Positions 61,748 to 64,000 of a DNA stretch of 64,000 nt are shown here, piece by piece; position 1 is the first letter of the stretch, and every line of letters begins with the position of its first letter. The notes beneath the pieces are model-generated. The model was not told the origin of the DNA. It ran no database searches and saw only the letters and a list, made by a program, of their open reading frames with translations. A program made the translations under genes and the position numbers. Source of the stretch: Gemmatimonadales bacterium (GTDB lineage: Bacteria > Gemmatimonadota > Gemmatimonadetes > Gemmatimonadales > GWC2-71-9); contig DASUXW010000161.1 in NCBI GenBank assembly GCA_036377715.1, positions 9,870 to 73,869 of the forward strand, read 5' to 3'.

Positions 61748-63570
61748 TCACTGCCTCCGTGCAAGATCCCGCTCCGAACCCTCACCGCCTTCCCCGACGC
61801 CGCCGGATCGATGCTCAGCCGCCGCTCGATGCGGGTGGCCAGGCGCACCGTGCCGTTCAGCGTGATCGTCTGGCCGGCGCGGCGGACGACGATAGAGAGA
61901 TGTTGTCCTTCCGCGTGGCTGAAGCGGGTGCGGTACTGCTCGCCGAAGCTCGAGTCGGTGACGGCCAGCTCGCCCAGTTTGAGCAGGACGTCGCCGCTCT
62001 GCACCCCGGCATCCGCAGCGGCGCTTCCCGGGACGACCTCGGTCACCATGATGGCCCCGCTCGAATCCACGTTCGTGCCGATGCCGAGCCGGGGCTCGCG
62101 CACGGTGTCGGCCTCGAGCCGGAGCCCGGCCAGCGGGAGCACCTCGGTCCACGGGAACGGCAGGCGGCCGTCCACGTACTTCGCCGCGAAACCATTGAAG
62201 TTTTTCCCGCCGCCATTCCGGGACACCGCGCGCCACCAGTCCGCGCCCGTGAACCCTCGACCGGCCTTGTAGGTGCTCCGGTAGAGGTCGCGCATGACAT
62301 CATCGAGGGAGTGGTGGTTATCGCTCGCATCGCGGATCAGGATGTCCAGCAGCAGCCCCGCCAGAGAGCCCTTGGGATAGTAGAGGTAGCCGCTGCCGTC
62401 GGTGGGGTGGATCCAGGTCGAGAGCGAGGCATCCTCCAAGGCCGTGGGCGGCGCCTCCGCGACCGTGCCGATCTTCTGGGTGGTGGTGGTGAGGAACTGC
62501 GCGCTGTCGATGACTCCGCCCCGCAGGACCGCCAGGTCGGCGTAATAGTCGGTGATGCCCTCGCTGACCCAGAGCCAGGGCGTGGGCTCGCTCCGGTCGT
62601 AGCGATAGGGCACCATGTCGGCCGGGCGGAGCCGCTTGACGTTCCAGGCGTGGAAGATCTCGTGCGCGGTGATCGACGGCAGAATCGGAGTGCCGATGAA
62701 GCCGGGGTTATAGATCCCTACGTGCGAGTTGGTGTGCTCCAGCGCGCTCCCGCCGCCGTAGGTCGAGTCGAAGATCATCATGACCGTGTAATTCGGCCAC
62801 GGTGTCTCACCGAACACGGCAGCCTCGGCGGGGATCACCTTCCCGATCTCGTCCCAGACCTGCGCCCGCGCCGGGCCGGTGAGCTGTCCTGCCGGATAGG
62901 TGGCGAGACGGGTCCAGGTTCCGGCCACCCTGGTGCTGTCGTAGTCCATCCGGCCCACGAAGAACGGCTTGTCCACCAGGTCGTGGTAGTTGCCTTCGCG
63001 CCAGGTACGCCGGCGGCCGGGCACCGCCCGCATGCCGGTCGCGACCAGCCACTCGGGCTCCGTGTTCACGGTGACGGTCGCGGGGAAGTCGGTGCCGCGA
63101 CCTTCCGGATACGGGAACACGTTGGTGCCGTTGAACAGCGCGAAGTCGGGCCGGGCCCAGGCCATCGCGTTGTCGAGCGTGTCGGCCAGGTAGTCGAAGT
63201 GCAGGGTGATGGCCCGCGCGCCGCCGGGCTGGATCCGCCAGGTGTCATAATCCAGCTTGTCCCACGGGAGGGCCTTCCCGCCGCCGGTCGGGTTGAAATT
63301 GGAGACCCAGCGCGCGAACCAGCTCAGCTCGTAGGCGCCGGGTGTCCATGCCGGCAGCGACAAAAGCACCAGCCCCGGCCCCTTCACGTCGAAGCTCATC
63401 GCCACCTTGAGCGTGCGGGCGCGCGCGGTGGCGGAGTCGAAGGTGATCTCGTAGCGCACGTTCGCGATGGGCGCCGAGCGGACTGGACGTGGCTGCTGGG
63501 CCGCGACGGAGCGCACGGGGACAGCCAGCGCCAGGGCAGTGACACAGGAATACAGGGTGCGACGTTTCAT
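61741..63570 (-). CDS. M61 glycyl aminopeptidase with C-terminal PDZ domain
   Basis: 'HEIFHAWNVKRLRP', 'SEGITDYYA', PDZ 'GVQSGDVLLKLG'. Signal peptide present. Confidence 0.85.
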   Translation of the reverse strand: MKRRTLYSCVTALALAVPVRSVAAQQPRPVRSAPIANVRYEITFDSATARARTLKVAMSFDVKGPGLVLLSLPAWTPGAYELSWFARWVSNFNPTGGGKALPWDKLDYDTWRIQPGGARAITLHFDYLADTLDNAMAWARPDFALFNGTNVFPYPEGRGTDFPATVTVNTEPEWLVATGMRAVPGRRRTWREGNYHDLVDKPFFVGRMDYDSTRVAGTWTRLATYPAGQLTGPARAQVWDEIGKVIPAEAAVFGETPWPNYTVMMIFDSTYGGGSALEHTNSHVGIYNPGFIGTPILPSITAHEIFHAWNVKRLRPADMVPYRYDRSEPTPWLWVSEGITDYYADLAVLRGGVIDSAQFLTTTTQKIGTVAEAPPTALEDASLSTWIHPTDGSGYLYYPKGSLAGLLLDILIRDASDNHHSLDDVMRDLYRSTYKAGRGFTGADWWRAVSRNGGGKNFNGFAAKYVDGRLPFPWTEVLPLAGLRLEADTVREPRLGIGTNVDSSGAIMVTEVVPGSAAADAGVQSGDVLLKLGELAVTDSSFGEQYRTRFSHAEGQHLSIVVRRAGQTITLNGTVRLATRIERRLSIDPAASGKAVRVRSGILHGGSER

Positions 63571-63658
63571 CCGGTGAACGGTGGATGCTCACCCGGGTAG
63601 AAACAAGGGGGGCGGGGCGCCTAGATTCTTCCATCCTCCATTCCGGGGCCACACCTCC

Positions 63659-64000
63659 GTGACCGAACCCGTCCGACGGCGCCGCCTCGCGCTGCACACC
63701 AAGATCATGCTCGGCCTGCTGCTCGGCGCAACGGCCGGGGTGGTGAGCAACATCTATGCGCGCGAGTCCCGCTGGCTCAGCGTGGTGGTAGACGACGTGG
63801 CCCAGCCGATCGGCCAGATCTTCCTCCGCATGCTGTTCATGGTGGTGGTGCCGCTGGTGTTTGCTTCGGTCACCATGGGCGTGGCCTCGCTGGGCGATCT
63901 CCGGCGGATCGGGCGAGTCGGGATCAAGACCCTGGTCATCTTCGTCCTTACCACCGCCCTCGCGGTATGCGTCGGGCTCACCCTGGTGAACCTGATCCGC
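63659..64000 (+). CDS. Dicarboxylate/amino acid:cation symporter (DAACS), N-terminal part (runs off the window)
   Basis: 'KIMLGLLLGATAG', 'IGQIFLRMLFMVVVPLVFASVTMGVASLGD'. No stop before the window end, so it is absent from the ORF track. Confidence 0.75.
   Translation, partial: MTEPVRRRRLALHTKIMLGLLLGATAGVVSNIYARESRWLSVVVDDVAQPIGQIFLRMLFMVVVPLVFASVTMGVASLGDLRRIGRVGIKTLVIFVLTTALAVCVGLTLVNLIR

Overview
This is a high-GC bacterial chromosomal segment (GC is roughly two-thirds or more by eye). Genes are tightly packed and many adjacent genes overlap by 1-4 nt at stop/start (ATGA, GTGA). No rRNA, CRISPR array, transposase or integrase was seen. Phylum is not determinable from the sequence alone. 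The gene mix (futalosine-type MqnA/MqnD protein, 23S-IVS-type four-helix-bundle gene, DUF2249/hemerythrin cluster) would fit a Gemmatimonadota- or Acidobacteriota-like organism, but that is a weak inference.

Recognisable content:
- Signalling and stress: GGDEF/Ser-Thr kinase, Hsp20, an MCP translationally coupled to a LivK-like binding protein, CspA, Ogt.
- Heme synthesis: hemA and hemH.
- Two-component system: LuxR-type response regulator with its histidine kinase.
- Efflux: an RND unit in the unusual order RND-OMF-MFP-Bcp, followed by LepB.
- Regulators: a run of AraC-like, CheY and MerR-like genes, then LemA/HtpX, then HD-GYP and a REC-DHp-REC protein.
- Metabolism and envelope: GlnA, a BamA-like OMP.
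- NO/Fe-S-like cluster: Mrp, a heme-copper-oxidase-like membrane protein, DUF1858/DUF2249, hemerythrin, Crp/Fnr, DUF59.
- Copper module: tRNA-Cys directly abutting a CopB-type P1B ATPase.
- Sugar modification: a five-gene coupled operon (PIG-L, GT4, CelD/FemAB-like, GNAT, unknown).
- Other: FRG-domain gene, GluQRS, cyclophilin, M61 peptidase.

Most interesting non-gene signals:
1. A family of long intergenic hairpins built from 7-9 nt tandem repeats. The unit differs at every locus. They sit exactly on gene ends, and one related locus carries a decayed 23S-IVS-family four-helix-bundle gene.
2. A ~600 bp lower-GC non-coding gap with two plus-strand intrinsic terminators and a cluster of TGTGGA/TCCACA motifs. 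This may be an unannotated RNA locus.

Many long ORFs in the supplied track are antisense shadow ORFs typical of high-GC DNA and were not called.
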